From Eledone cirrhosa (Eukaryota), in the NCBI GenBank assembly GCA_964016885.1, contig OZ024743.1:253270001-253334000 (forward strand): 64,000 nt of DNA, read 5' to 3'. The notes beneath the pieces were generated by a model. The model had not been told where the DNA came from. It did no database searches and saw nothing but the letters and a program-made list of their open reading frames with translations. The translations under genes and the position numbers were made by a program. Position 1 is the stretch's first letter. Every line of letters begins with the position of its first letter. Below are positions 13,122 through 27,214 of the stretch, piece after piece.

Positions 13122-13280
13122 GTGACACTGAGGCTAGTCGGTAGGAGTGGGATGGTAAGATGACAGACGCCTACCAACACACCAAGAATCTCTAAGGAAA
13201 GTAATCTACCAACATACCAGATACCGGCTAGAAGATATGGGGTTCAATTCCTCACAGCGGTCGCAGGCAAATACTTTTTT
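13122..13280 (+). other. tRNA-like / Pol III-type element with a long central insert
   Basis: A-box-like aggctagtcggtag at 13131, T-arm tgggg-ttcaatt-cctca (13238-54), ends gtgac-a-ctg / cag-cg-gtcgc can pair, T6 at 13275-80. Confidence 0.4.
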
Positions 13281-13352
13281 CCGTGATTTAAGAATCTTCA
13301 CCCTATTTAATAAGCCATCAATATAGAGATTGGACGCATTTTTATACTCATA

Positions 13353-13412
<60 letters not shown>

Positions 13413-13414
13413 TA

Positions 13415-13573
13415 TATTTGAAAGGGGAGTAAGGTTCTATACAAACAGGGGATGTAAAGAAAAAGTGGAATTGGAAATACCACGAAAAATATATTTAAAG
13501 GATCTTTTTTTTTCTTCTTTGATCTGTCAAATTCATAATAAATTTGTTCTGTGAAAAGACACCACCACCACTG

Positions 13574-13618
<45 letters not shown>

Positions 13619-13905
13619 TGAACACCTCTCTCTCTCTCTATATATATATAAGGTTCCATTTTAGATCCAGTCTTCTTCTCAACAACAAAGATGAACAGCC
13701 CTTCTTCAACACTTAATTTAAATTTAAACATTTAAAATTATTTTAAAATGTAATATTCATCATTTGATAAGATGGATTACACTGATACATCGAAACCGGT
13801 TATATTTTATATATTCTATATACTTTATAAAACTCATTTAAATAAAGAAAATGTTCCCCTCATCTTTTCAATAATGTCACTTTGACGGATCAAAGAAGAA
13901 AAAAT
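13415..13905. mobile_element. PLE-derived remnant with short inverted repeat and decayed U3-A8 hammerhead
   Basis: IR 13508-13530 / 13881-13903; TTGATAA(13764-70)-gatg...catc-GAAA-ccgg-TT; stem I weak. Confidence 0.45.
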
Positions 13906-13906
13906 A

Positions 13907-14077
13907 TTGAAACTCAATTTTGAGTAATGCCATCGCTTGATACTTAAGCATGGGCATCACGAAAGTGGCTTTTTAGTCCTGCTACGGACGTGCCTATATA
14001 TATATATTTTCCGTGCTGTCTTCAATTCTACTTTCTAACACCCCCTCTCTCTCTTTCGTTCTTTCTCTCTCTCTCTA

Positions 14078-14125
<48 letters not shown>

Positions 14126-14654
14126 TATATACACACATATAAATCCAATACACTGAGCGGTCAGGTTTTAGCGCCAGACCCCAGGGAAAATGACTGGAGA
14201 CTGTATATATCCGTGCCTGTATATATATATATACATATATACATATATTATGTCAGGTCGCTCTTTAGTTGAGGAGGGGAATTTTGGACACCCTGGGGAT
14301 GAAAAATAAAACCCTTCAAAGAGCGGTCATCCAAAAAAGTATTTTTTTCTTTGCGTGTAGCGAGAGACTCCTAGTTCTCATTAGGATATCTCTCTAGAAG
14401 AAGGTCAGTCTGATATTAGACCTGCTATTTCGTTTGCATCTATTGATGTAGATCAATTTTACATTTTAGTTAAACGCATTCGATATTCAGAGAGTGGGAT
14501 TGGTTTCAAGCCCAGGTATCGCTTGATATGTGACAATTTTTGTGAGGCATAGAATTGCTGGCTATAGGCACGTCCGTAGCAGGACTAAAAAGCCAGGTTC
14601 GTGATGATCATGCTTAAGTATCAAGCGATGGCATTACTCAAAATTGAGTTTCAA
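13907..14654. repeat. Inverted repeat pair, ~92-bp arms
   Basis: 13907-13998 is the reverse complement of 14563-14654 with a few mismatches. Confidence 0.85.
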
Positions 14655-14672
14655 CCATAATCATCATCATTA

Positions 14673-14779
<107 letters not shown>

Positions 14780-15982
14780 AAGAATGAAAAGTAACATGGT
14801 TGGCTGTACAACCTCTAACTGGATTATCTATAACGATAACTTGTTATCCCATATATATATATATATATATATGCGCGCACACACACACAGACACACACAC
14901 ATATATATGGATGTGCATATTTCACAAGATCTTTTTTTATAGGATAACGTAAGAAATTATTAATATATTCTATAATCTGTTTTTACTTTAAAATATCACG
15001 GTCAATTGCTTTGAAAGAAATAGAGAGGATTAAAAAAAAAACAATTATTCATTCGATATAAAAAATTAAATGCTAATATTTTAGTTGTGGGTCTCCTGGC
15101 AACCAATAATTTTAGACCCAGTCCACCAATGTGTGTGTGTTCGTGTATATACATGCACACATAATATGTGTATGGCAGGGATGTGGATTGACCCAGACTT
15201 ACGTAAATGGTTAGCGTGTCTGGCATACAATTATTTCATTTCATCCTCATTTTTTTTCATTTGAGTTTGCTGTCTGGTATTAAAACATCTGTAAGTGACT
15301 GTCTTCAATCATAATCATTTTTTTGTTTATTTGTCTATGTTAAATGCGATCAGAATTATTAGAAGTACATTTCTTAACCGAAAAAATGGCAGCAGTCATC
15401 TAAATACACCGCCAGGTATCGTGGTTTTGTCACAGTTTATTAAAAACAGCATAATATCTTATCATATTACTGTATTTGTTTGTACATATGTTTTCAAAAG
15501 TCACCTGCGTGCACATGACCATTCTATGTTCAATGAAAGGGTGACACTCTTCTGGCAAGAAGTAACAATCAACATGTATATGTATGAATGGGTGTGTATA
15601 TATGTCCGGTTTCTCTGCTAATGGGGGTTGGACAGTTTGTACTTAAACAGAGCAACAGACGGCTCATATAGGTCAGGGGATTCCATCTTCCTTACATACG
15701 TTCCCACGCTCAAATTTTTCTTTAGGTAAAGAATCAATTTATCATCGTACAATTTATGATATTTTATATAACCAAATGCAACATTCGAGAAGATACGGAA
15801 CCTATCTTCATGTCAGTAAATATTATTATACATTTCAGCAGCTCTTCACAGAAATTACAGAAGGGAGAGGAAAAAAGAAGAAAAACTAGACAAAATAACT
15901 AAAAAAAAAAAAAGATATAATCTTTCGCTAGGAATTGCAATATACAGATATGTGTATGTTTTGTTTTGCTTGTGTGTGTGTG

Positions 15983-16033
<51 letters not shown>

Positions 16034-16519
16034 TGATCTTAGATTTGCATGTATGGTGGTGTATGTGTGTGTGTCGCTGATGTTTGAGGTATGCATGCGC
16101 ATTGCAGAACTTAGATTTATATGCGTGTTGGTGATATTAGTGGTTTGTGTGTGCTTGTGATTTACTCATCTTTGACTTGTGTGTGTGTGCATGTATATGT
16201 GTGTTACTAATGATAGACTTGTATATTCCTAGCATCGTGTTTCCCTCTTGATGTTCATCTCAAGACAGTTTTCCTCTCATATTTCTGTCTTATGTTCTGC
16301 ATATTTACAACACTTGTAATGATTACCTAGATCAACTGTTTTATAGACAGGAGAAAGGAATGGATTTTCTATCTGATTTAAGAAACATCTCTAACTGTGT
16401 GATACTCAAGCTGTTGAAAGCATATGCATGCATACACACACACCACACACACACATACACTTTAATCTGTTATTTTAATAAATATATATATATATATATG
16501 TATACATATGGTGTACGCA

Positions 16520-16591
<72 letters not shown>

Positions 16592-16594
<3 letters not shown>

Positions 16595-18015
16595 TGTAGT
16601 CGCCGACGAGCGCAATGTGAATGAGTCTCGCATCGAGATCCATCAACCATTCTGAGGAAAATACTGACTTTGGAACATTTAACGCCCGCTCTCTATATAT
16701 TTTGGTGGAAGGACGAAATATCTTACACGTGAACTTGCAAGATACACATGGGATATCTTAGGATAAAATCAGGTGATTCGGTGAGACAAATGAAGAACAC
16801 AAACTGTGGTGTAGCGTTGATGACACCAATCATGAACATGTAATGGGTTTCATCGTTAGCAAAATGCGAGTGACCTCAGCTGCACACAAATATCCATCAA
16901 ATGCCTCACCATGCGTGTGGTTTTAATACCACGGAATATTACCCCCATACAAGCCTATGCACCCACTTTCGATTATGCCGATGATTCTGTTGAAGTGTTC
17001 TATGAGGATCTGGAGAAACTCATCCAACGGCTCCTAAAAAAGACATCCTCGTCATCTTAAAAGAGTGGAATGCCAAGGTAAGCCCAGATGTATATGGCTA
17101 ATCGGCTGGGACAGTAAGTTGGAATGGGAATCAGATCAGAAAAGAGCAATAGTAATAATCAGAATAATCATCATGCTGAACGGAAACGGAGTTAGACTTG
17201 AAGAAATAGACACCTTCAAATACTTAGGATCCACACTGACCAAAAGTAGATACTGAACTCGATCTTGCCACTTCTACCATGGTAAAGTTGAATGTAATAT
17301 GAAACAATACATCCACCAGTTTTCTAACGAAACTCAAACTATACAATTCCTTGAGGACTTCGATTCTTTTGTATGACTGTAAGAGTTAGAATGACGAATC
17401 CTGTCATTCGAGCCCAAGTTCTTAAGAGGGTTGCCACATATCTCATAGATGGAGCACAAAACAAGCAGCTTTGTCAGGCTGCAAGGAACCACTCATTGCG
17501 ACGGTGAAAAAGACGGAAGCTTGCTAGTATAGTCATGTATCCCGCCACAACTCCTTGTCAGGAAAACATACTTGAATTCACCTACACACATATATTACCC
17601 GCGAATGAGTATTTCAAAATTACACCATCTAAACACAATGCCTTGATGATACGTGAGTATACACTAGGTCCGAACACAAGAGAACCAAATTCTCACTGCC
17701 ACTGCCTCAGACCCTCCAGCTCTCCCTATCTCTCACTATTATGAGCAAGTGATGACCGACGCGTTGGCCACCCCACGGCCCCGCCGGACAGAATAGAGAT
17801 GTTTCCATGGAGGATGATGAGGAAGACGCGCTGAAAGAGCTATTCCAGCGTCTAAAACCATCCTTTAGAACAGTCGAGGGAGGGTAACACGAGGCAGAGA
17901 AAGAAAATCTTGTTCCAACAGCTTCAACGACTGAACTGGTTAAAACATCGAGGTCCAACTACGCTGACTACAGAAGCGTCTAGAGTGGCACCCCAACGAC
18001 TGGCTACACTAGTAG
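16592..18015 (+). mobile_element. Decayed, internally deleted RTE-clade LINE
   Basis: APE remnants GTFNARSL, ELARYTWDILG, IQAYAPTFDYADDSVEVFYEDLE, EWNAKV; RT-thumb LEEIDTFKYLGS; C-terminus SKTIL..TVEGG..RGR.RKS and 3' end gtggcaccccaacgac. Many stops and frameshifts; unrelated sequence at ~17560-17840. Confidence 0.8.
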
Positions 18016-18046
18016 TGTGAACATAACACGCACGCACACACACACC

Positions 18047-18141
<95 letters not shown>

Positions 18142-18143
18142 TC

Positions 18144-18510
18144 ATTTTGTATTTCTAAAGAAACATGGTATGTTTACAGATAAACATCTAGAAAGCCGTA
18201 TCTATGCAACAAACACCGGACCTAACGCCCTCTGGTGGTGTCCAGCAGAAGCAAGGGGGGACAATCGTCGATATATGTCGGACTTAACTGGTGCTCATCA
18301 GGGCGATCCCTCCCGCACTTGCGACTGCTGGACTTGAAAACAGTCGAGAATATATAGTTTCTTCGTCTGTGTAATTGAGGTGATTAATCTCATTTGCATA
18401 TGAAGCTGATGGATATCACCAGAGGGCGTTGGCCCCGGTGTGTTTTGCATAGTTACGGCTTTCTAAATGCTTACCTGTAAACATACCGTGTTTCTTTAGA
18501 AATACGAAAT
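18144..18510. mobile_element. Fold-back element, 105-bp arms, decayed hammerhead in spacer
   Basis: Arms 18144-18248 / 18406-18510; minus strand 18263-18308 reads gatcgcc-CTGATGA-gcac cagttaa gtcc-GACA-tata-TC-gacgatt. Confidence 0.65.
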
Positions 18511-18580
18511 TTCTACACATATCTGTATACAGCTATGACTGAAGTTAAATCGTAATTTTATTCTATATATATATATTATA

Positions 18581-19487
18581 TCTATATATATAAAATTAAG
18601 GTTGTCTGTCTACTAAAATGGTCGGCACACATCTCCTCCCAAACCGTACGTTCAAATTTCGGTGAAATTGCTACACTTATAGATGAAGGTCCAGCGGGGA
18701 CATCGTCTCAAAACAATGTTCAAATCAACCCACGCCAAGTGCAAAAATCGAATTTGTAATGTATTGATTTTTCAGTTCAAATGTATAAATAGGTATAAGA
18801 GACGAGTTATTTCCCTTCTATGGCGTCATTTGTTTATCTATTTACGTTACGAACAAACTACGCGTGCAAAAGTACAATAAATACACGAACAGTTTTCGGG
18901 ACAACAACATTTTAACCTTCAAAATTCATGAGTTCGAAGTTTCAACATTAAGCTTCCATTAAAAAGTCTTTTAAAACAATATTTTTACTTGAAAGCAACC
19001 CTGTTTAAATACACCGTAAAATAAGCAAATATTTTGTAAAAAAAAGCAGTGATCAATATATATAATCTCGAATAAAGCCTTATGAGATTTTCATTTAGAA
19101 TCAATGATTTTAAACGACAGACATATAACGCATTTTTTTTTTATTTTTAATGTCCATCCAATTTCTTTGTTTCAAAATAATTGATAGTTTGGTTACGCTG
19201 ATGTTTTTCTCTGAGACAGGTGTTGCAGTGTTTACATTTTCGAATTTTGTTAATAGATTACCAGTCCAGTTTTATCCCCAGCATCCTCTTTTGTTTTAAC
19301 ATTCGGGTTATGGTTATGTTTTCTTAACTTCATAATGCATACTGTTGGTTGAGGGAATATTAATCAAAAGTACCACATGAAAGTCTACAGTGTAGACTCT
19401 ACAGTCTTTAAGCCAAGAAAAAACTTAACATTGTAACTTTAACACAGCTACTGAGCAGCCCCGAGCAACGCCGGGCTTTACTGCTAG
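18581..19487 (+). mobile_element. Non-autonomous Helitron
   Basis: 5' TC (tctatatatataaaatt) after A; subterminal hairpin cccg-agcaacgc-cggg at 19460-19475; 3' CTAG at 19484-87 followed by T; no TSD. Confidence 0.8.
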
Positions 19488-19637
19488 TATATATATATAT
19501 ATATGTTTGTGTGTGTGTATACGTATGTATATATATATATATACATACCTGTGCATGCAAATATCCGCCCCTTGACTATAAATAAACACTCATAGACAAA
19601 CAAGTTTGTCTTGTGTTCGGGCGTGGTGGTGGTGGTA

Positions 19638-19694
<57 letters not shown>

Positions 19695-20074
19695 AAGCTC
19701 TATTATAATCACAATTATAAAAATAAAATCTGTTGTAAGAAACACTTATACACTTGAGTGTGTGATTGCTGCCTATATATCGAACTACTTGAAATATGAT
19801 AAATCTCATGAAATATAGAGAATAGTTTTACGTTGATGGGAATCTACACCTAACTAGTATGTAAAGCAGCACAATTTCTTGAGTTGTTTCTTTCAGGGGA
19901 CTATGAAAGAGAAATAACAATGAAATAGAGGAATGTTTTAAATCTTTAGATACCAACTCACACGAAACTTGTCTTTTCATTTTCCATTGCTTATATTCAG
20001 ATGAAAACATTCCACAATAATATTTTCTATGAACACATTTGTTAAGTTATGCTTAACAAAACCCACTAAATAAT

Positions 20075-20640
20075 AGTTTAAGCACAAAGCCAACAACTTC
20101 TTTTTTTTTTTTTGGCAGGGGGAGGTCAATTAAATCCACTCCAGTGCATTGCTGGTGCTTATTTTATCGACCTGTAAGGATGAAGAGCAAAGCTAAACTT
20201 GGCGCGATTTGAACACAGAATGTAAAGGGCAGTGACTAAATGCTGCAAAGAATTTTGTCCGAGGCTCTAACGACTCTGCCCAACCACCGCCCTAACATCC
20301 ACCAAATAATTGTTTCTATATTTGGCACAAGGCCAGCAATTACCCAGTGTATTACTGGAACTTTATTTTATCGACCCCGTAAGGATGAAAGGCAAAGGTA
20401 ACCAAATCATGGTGTCCGACTCTCTACCAATACTACCAATCCACAAAATAATGGTTTCTGATTTAAGCACAAGGCCAACAATTTGAAAAAAGGGAAGTCG
20501 ATTAAATCAGACCCAGCAGGTTACTGGTACTTTATTTTATCGACCCCCTAAAGATGAAAGGCAACGCTAAGCTGAACGGAATTTGAACTCAGAACATAAA
20601 GGGCCGTAACTCTATGCTGTGAAGCATATGACTAACCCTT
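20075..20640 (-). mobile_element. Cluster of three SINE family 1 copies (~20075-20295, 20310-20445, 20452-20640)
   Basis: Three repeats of gcacaaggcca...ttttatcgaccc...gatgaa.ggcaa; the first and third retain atttgaac.caga. Confidence 0.85.
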
Positions 20641-21864
20641 TACAGATACTACCCATGAAAGTTAATTGTACTACTAAACCTCTCAAAATACTTGATTATT
20701 TTAAAGATTATTTGAAAATGATAAGTTGTGTTTTGATTTGAAACATAAGACTTGCTTTAATCCTTTTATTAACAAACGTCCCTAAACCACCCAATGCGTT
20801 ACAATAAAGAACTATTAGTTTTTAAATGTTTATGTTTATCTAAAAACGTTCCATAATTTTGTGTAAGAAAATTGTTTATGTTAAGCTCCAAACATCAGCA
20901 TAATAATGAGAAAGTTACTTGTATGGCTAAATCATTGCAAATTCTCGATTATTTTCAAAATTAACTGAAAATCATATTTATCACAAGAGTATCGACACCA
21001 CCATAATTATCAGTAGCACCACCTCCATGAAAAGTGCTAACAACAACAACACCAACAAAGGCAACTCCCAAAACAACAACTCCATCAACAAGCTATGATA
21101 TCTAATGGAAGGTTCTCAGAAACGCTGATGTAAAGAACAACACGGGGTTTCTTTAAAAATTAACATCCTCTACCACATTAAACCGCATTAGCAAGATGTT
21201 CTTCAAAATTGCAAAACAGCTCTATAACTGCAACACATTAAATATTAACGTCTTTAGTTTTGTGCAAATTTTCAAAACAATCTATCAACTAATAAAGATA
21301 CTATAAACATGAATTTTAAAATCTGTTAAAATATTTTCTGCTAAATCATTACAGGGTGTTAAGAGATAATATTGTAAATTTTCACAACTATCTCTCCACC
21401 ATTGAACATATATGTTTTAACAAACCTGTTTATAAATATTCCCTGCTAAATCATTAGCAGATGTAATAAGATAATACTACACATTTTCACAACAGTGTGT
21501 CACCTAGTCAAGATAATATAAACATGATTTAATAAATATGTTTTAAAAATTATTACAGAATATTAAGAGTTCAATCAAGGGTATGGCCTGTACCAGATTT
21601 AGTACAAATGAGGCCCTGTGCTGGTTAAATTATAAGGACCCCTTACTCAGCTCCTGAAGGAAGTAACATTTTGGGGGCAGGAGGATGTGCCTCCCTGGCT
21701 AACGGTACACCTAAGTACACCTAAGCACAGTGATAAATCCGTATGGAACAGAAACGATAATCACTTACAGGTACAACAGCCGTTCACCAATAATAAGACA
21801 CCCGCGAAACCATTTGAAACAAACGAAGCCCCACCACCATCATCATATACAGTATTGTGAGGAA

Positions 21865-21985
21865 TTTATGGCTGCGTGGATAAGGAGTTTGCTTTGCAAT
21901 CGCATTGTTTGGGGCAAGTATTTCTACACAGGCTCGGGTTGACTAATGTCATATGAGGGAAATTTAGTTCACAAAAACTGCAGGT
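21865..21985 (+). mobile_element. SINE family 2 fragment
   Basis: atggctgcgtggataaggagtttgcttt...gggcaagtatttctac...gggttgactaatgtc; homologous to 56075-56230. Confidence 0.6.
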
Positions 21986-22539
21986 GATAAAAAAAAAAGA
22001 GAGAGAGAGAGAGGGTGTGTGTGTGCATATGTTCTTCTGGTTTTTGAAATACGATTAAACAATCTCAGTGCGTTACTGGTATTTATTTTATTGAAAGAAA
22101 AAGCCAACTTTGGTGAGATTTCATATCAGTACGCAAAGGGCCATAACTCAATGCCACGAACCATGTTCTCCGTTGCTCTACTGATTCTGCCATTTCACCA
22201 ATAAATATTAAAATTCCTAATTATTTCTAAGATTATTTGGAAATCAGACAGTACCATTTATTAGATATATGACATCGAAAGTGTTAACTAGTTTAATATC
22301 AAACCAAAATTCTTTAAGAGTTTGGCAATAAGCCAGAGATCGTACGGTATTGGTTGATGCCAATCGAATCCACTTTCACCCCCCCCCCCCACACACAACA
22401 GTGTTCCATATATGAAGCTATATATTCTGTATAATTAATGATAATGTAAGCTTTTCTTTTTTGTCTTGTTGCATATTGAAAAATACATACACAACAATAT
22501 AAAAGCAATTATAGTCATGAAGGAATGCATATATGTGTC

Positions 22540-22995
<456 letters not shown>

Positions 22996-23354
22996 ACACA
23001 GTTACATACATGTAGCCACGTTTAAACATCTAAACAAGAGAAGCTGTTGTCACTTTCTATGATCGATTAGCTGCTGATGGGTTTATTGGTTCAATGATGA
23101 ACATTACGAAGGGTAAAAGACTATAAAATTATTACATATATATATATAAATATATATATATATATTACATAAATATATTATATGTATACAAGCACACATA
23201 TATAAATGTAATATAAATGTATAACTACATAAGTGCGTGTATATATATGTATATATATGTATATATATGTATATGCATATATATATATATACACACACAT
23301 ACATACACGTATTTATATACATGTAACACACACATATATACATACATACATGTA

Positions 23355-23404
<50 letters not shown>

Positions 23405-23768
23405 GTGTGTGTGTGTGTGTGTGTATTTGTGTGCGTGTGTGTTTGTGTGCTTCTGTGTGTGTGAGTGAGTGTATCAGTTTGTACTCTATAAATATTTATT
23501 TGCTTGGATTTTCAGCTAATAAAGTAGCTGATAGAATCTTCAAATGAAATATGATTTATAGCAAAAGTGTCACACTTACTTTTTTCCTTCCACTCTGACA
23601 CCTTGAAACCTTGACTTAACCTCCCGTTAATATATATATAAAAAAAAAATTCATCTCAATATTAAACTTTAAATTGTTCCACTGACCTGCACAGCTCAAC
23701 AAGTTCGGGGCTAAATATTACTAAATATTACACTCTCAAAACAGAGTTATTGACATAGAAACTACATC

Positions 23769-23825
<57 letters not shown>

Positions 23826-23844
23826 ACACACACACACTCACTCA

Positions 23845-23893
<49 letters not shown>

Positions 23894-24067
23894 GAGAGGA
23901 GATGTAAATACTCAGCGTGGCGCCTAAGCGCCCGGTTAGACCAGCGGGTGTGAGAGATTGCTAGTTTTTGTTAGAACAACAATCTAGAAGAAAAATGTTG
24001 ATGTAAAACCTGCAGCAAGAAGGCTGTCAATGATGGTGACTTGGTTTTCTTTTTTAATACCTGTCAG

Positions 24068-24373
24068 TAAGCCCGGATTTGATGGGTGGTAAAGGGAACA
24101 ATTACGCCGGGCTCCCTACAGTGCGTGTAAGGGGGTGGGGGGCACCAGCCAAAGTCCTAGACATTTAAGTTTGCCCTTAGCTGGGCTTTTTAGCTCATCA
24201 GAACAGAATTTTTTAGTTTGATACGCGAATGTATAACTTTTCAGCTCCAATAACTTACACCAAGCTAAATTTATGTAATATTGGGGGTCGCTGTGTATTC
24301 TAATTTGTTGTGTATAAGCACCCCCTCCCAAACCTGAAGTGTCCCGGGCACCCAAGCTCTAAATCCAACCCCT
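24068..24373. mobile_element. Possible hAT-type MITE remnant
   Basis: Imperfect terminal inverted repeats gcccggatttga ... tctaaatccaacccct. Confidence 0.35.
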
Positions 24374-24499
24374 ATTGTCACAGTTGTTGAGAGAGGGGGA
24401 TTTATCCAGTGCAAGACTTCTCTTAAAAAAGCTTCAAGTACAGGCATCACTTGATATAAACGACTTTCACGTGTGTTTCTTGAATATGGCCATTTTTCA

Positions 24500-24950
24500 T
24501 CGTTCGCAGCAGCATATATAGAAAGGAATCTAATTCCTTGACAGAGCTAGAAACTTATGTTCGTCCCACACATGAAGGAGAAAAGGTTCAAAGTATGGCA
24601 ATCCTCGAAACTGAGATGCAGCTATTATGAATGTCATAGGTAGCTAAATACGGCGTAGATAGATGTTAGTTTCGCAATGAGTGCTCCAGTTATTCAATCA
24701 ATGATAAATACATGTGTACGCTTAACGTACTTTCACAGCGAGAATCAGAATGACACAATATGACAAGACAGGTACATTGAATTACAGATACAATTCGACT
24801 AACAGACCTCCGAACATTGTTGGCCTTTTCATAAAGTTTCAGTCAACTCGGGTATCTGATGAATGAGACGTGCCCAAGAGGCTACGTGGCATAATTGAAC
24901 CTGTGACCTTTGATAATAAAGAAAAAGTTTTAAGAATTCAACCATACATA
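24500..24950 (-). mobile_element. SINE family 2-related decayed copy
   Basis: gtgcccaagaggctacgtggcataattgaacc is the reverse complement of a family 2 head (ggttca...cacgtagcc.cttgggca). Confidence 0.5.
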
Positions 24951-25038
24951 CACCCCCTTTCTAATTTTATATCATTCTGTGTCTCCATTAATACATACAT
25001 ACACACATATGTACACCAACACACACGCCCCCCCCCCA

Positions 25039-25083
<45 letters not shown>

Positions 25084-25212
25084 AAAGTATATCTATGCGC
25101 ATGTATGTATCTATTAATCCATTTCCCCCTCTACATACATATTAGACAATACGACAGTTACATGATTATACAAATGTGGATATGCCTTATGATATTGGTG
25201 TGTCAATTTGCC

Positions 25213-25259
<47 letters not shown>

Positions 25260-26473
25260 CAGTATATATAAATAAATATATAAAAAAATATATATATATT
25301 TACATGTATATATATATAAATATATACATGTATATATGGTAAATTGACACACGAATATATATATGTATGTATGTATATTGACACATATCCCGTGGCACTA
25401 TAACAACAAAGCTATCACTGATTACTTGATGACTCGAAATAATGCTTTAATATTACTTTACATGCAGCACCGCCCCACACACACTAGATCCGCCACAACC
25501 ACCACGGCCACCACTACAACCAGCACTGCAGCCACCACCATCACCACAGTGCAAGTAGAGACAACCAGCCGCAACTGGATCCTCAGGAGATGGTCTGTGG
25601 TTAGTGAAACAAATCTAATGGTCTCGCATAGATAGACAGTTAATGATGTGAAGTGATAGAGCTCCTTGTTGCTTGCTGCAATAACCATTGGACTGTTAAT
25701 ATATATGCTCTGTTAAGTAAAATGTTTAATATCAAAAATGAGTTAAGCTGTTTAAGTTGAGATTGCCCAGATGACTTTGGTGGAGCGGTAAAATGTATTG
25801 GGGAAAGTAAAACACCTAAATGCTTATCGTCCCTACTATAGTATCATGTTCATTTATAATTATTTGGAATGAAATCCTCTATGGTCATTGTGTTTGTGGC
25901 TTTGTTGTTGCCGTTGTGGATATTGTCATTTAGTCTCAGGCTAGACCTAGTCAATGAGCTCTATGTTCAGAATAATTCAAAGTCATATGCATGTAGATTA
26001 TATGTATGTCTAGGAGTACATTGTCAAATGTCTGCTGCCATTTTCCTGGGGACACTTGGGCTTAATTTGAGGGATATTTCAATCCTATCTTTAGCAGATT
26101 TATTGACAACTGAATGGTTTTAGCATTAGCTTTTAATTCCTGCATGCTGAAAAACTAGCCGCAGCAATAACTGTACTATTAACATATATGCAGTGTTAAC
26201 CCTTATTACCATATTTCTAATGAAAGGCACATATTGATTTTTAGTTAACTTTGAAAATAATAAGAAAAGTGGATGGATTTGGTAATATAAATTTCCCATA
26301 ATGGTGGTGTTGGTGACGGGTATGATGAACATGATGTTTATTATGAGGATGATGTTCATGGTTGCCATGATAAAATGATGATGGTAGTGCTGACAACAAT
26401 AATGATTATTAATTGATTCATGAAGATGATGATGCTGGTGGCTGTTGTGGTGAAGAAAACTGGTGAATATTGA

Positions 26474-26474
26474 T

Positions 26475-26505
<31 letters not shown>

Positions 26506-26600
26506 AATGATGATGATGACAATGATGATGATGATGATAATGATGATGATGATGATGTTTATGATAATGATGATGATGACAATGAATATGATAATGATAT
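26474..26600. repeat. (GAT)n microsatellite
   Basis: Direct observation; explains the poly-Met ORF. Confidence 0.95.
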
Positions 26601-26867
26601 ATGTTAGGGATATGTTAATTCAAATGTTGACACGTCTATCTCAATATTACATCGATGAATACCATCATCACGTTGATTTACTTAAGATGATTATTTTTAA
26701 CGAACAAACCCCAAAATCTGAGGGAATTTGACCAATACTATCGATTTATGGTTAGTATAATTGATAGAAATAAATCAATAAGTTGGTAATGAATAAATCT
26801 ATGATATATATATATATATATATATAAGAGAGTATTGAAGTTTTCTTGAAGCATTGTGGAACAATAA

Positions 26868-27008
26868 ATAAATATCTTTAAGTCGTTTGGAAGCCTCGAC
26901 AATGCAAATGGGTAAATCTCCGGGTAACAAGGTCTCTCTCCACCACCGGACCTTGTTACCCGGAAATTTACCCATGTGCATTGTCGAGACTTCCAAACGA
27001 CTTAAAGA

Positions 27009-27015
<7 letters not shown>
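26868..27015. repeat. Near-perfect hairpin, 67-bp arms, 14-nt loop
   Basis: 26868-26934 pairs with 26949-27015 with ~3 mismatches; TA runs on both sides. Confidence 0.9.
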
Positions 27016-27048
<33 letters not shown>

Positions 27049-27214
27049 TTGAATAAAAGGGCAGTCGGTCGGACTGGTGAAATTCCTTCAAAGATTTATG
27101 ATGTCTGCAAACTCACGCTAAGAATATTGCAATCATTTTTCAGATTCAGATTTGTGACGCTCGGATATGGCTTTTCAAGCCTGCTAGAGACTTACACTAC
27201 TTCGTACACTGACG

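Noticed and set aside
15620-15812. ~64-codon open frame on minus strand (HEDRFRIFSNVAFGYIKYHKLYDDK...)
   Set aside because: No convincing acceptor and no recognisable homology; within chance expectation.
26474-26731. Poly-Met ORF
   Set aside because: (GAT)n microsatellite.
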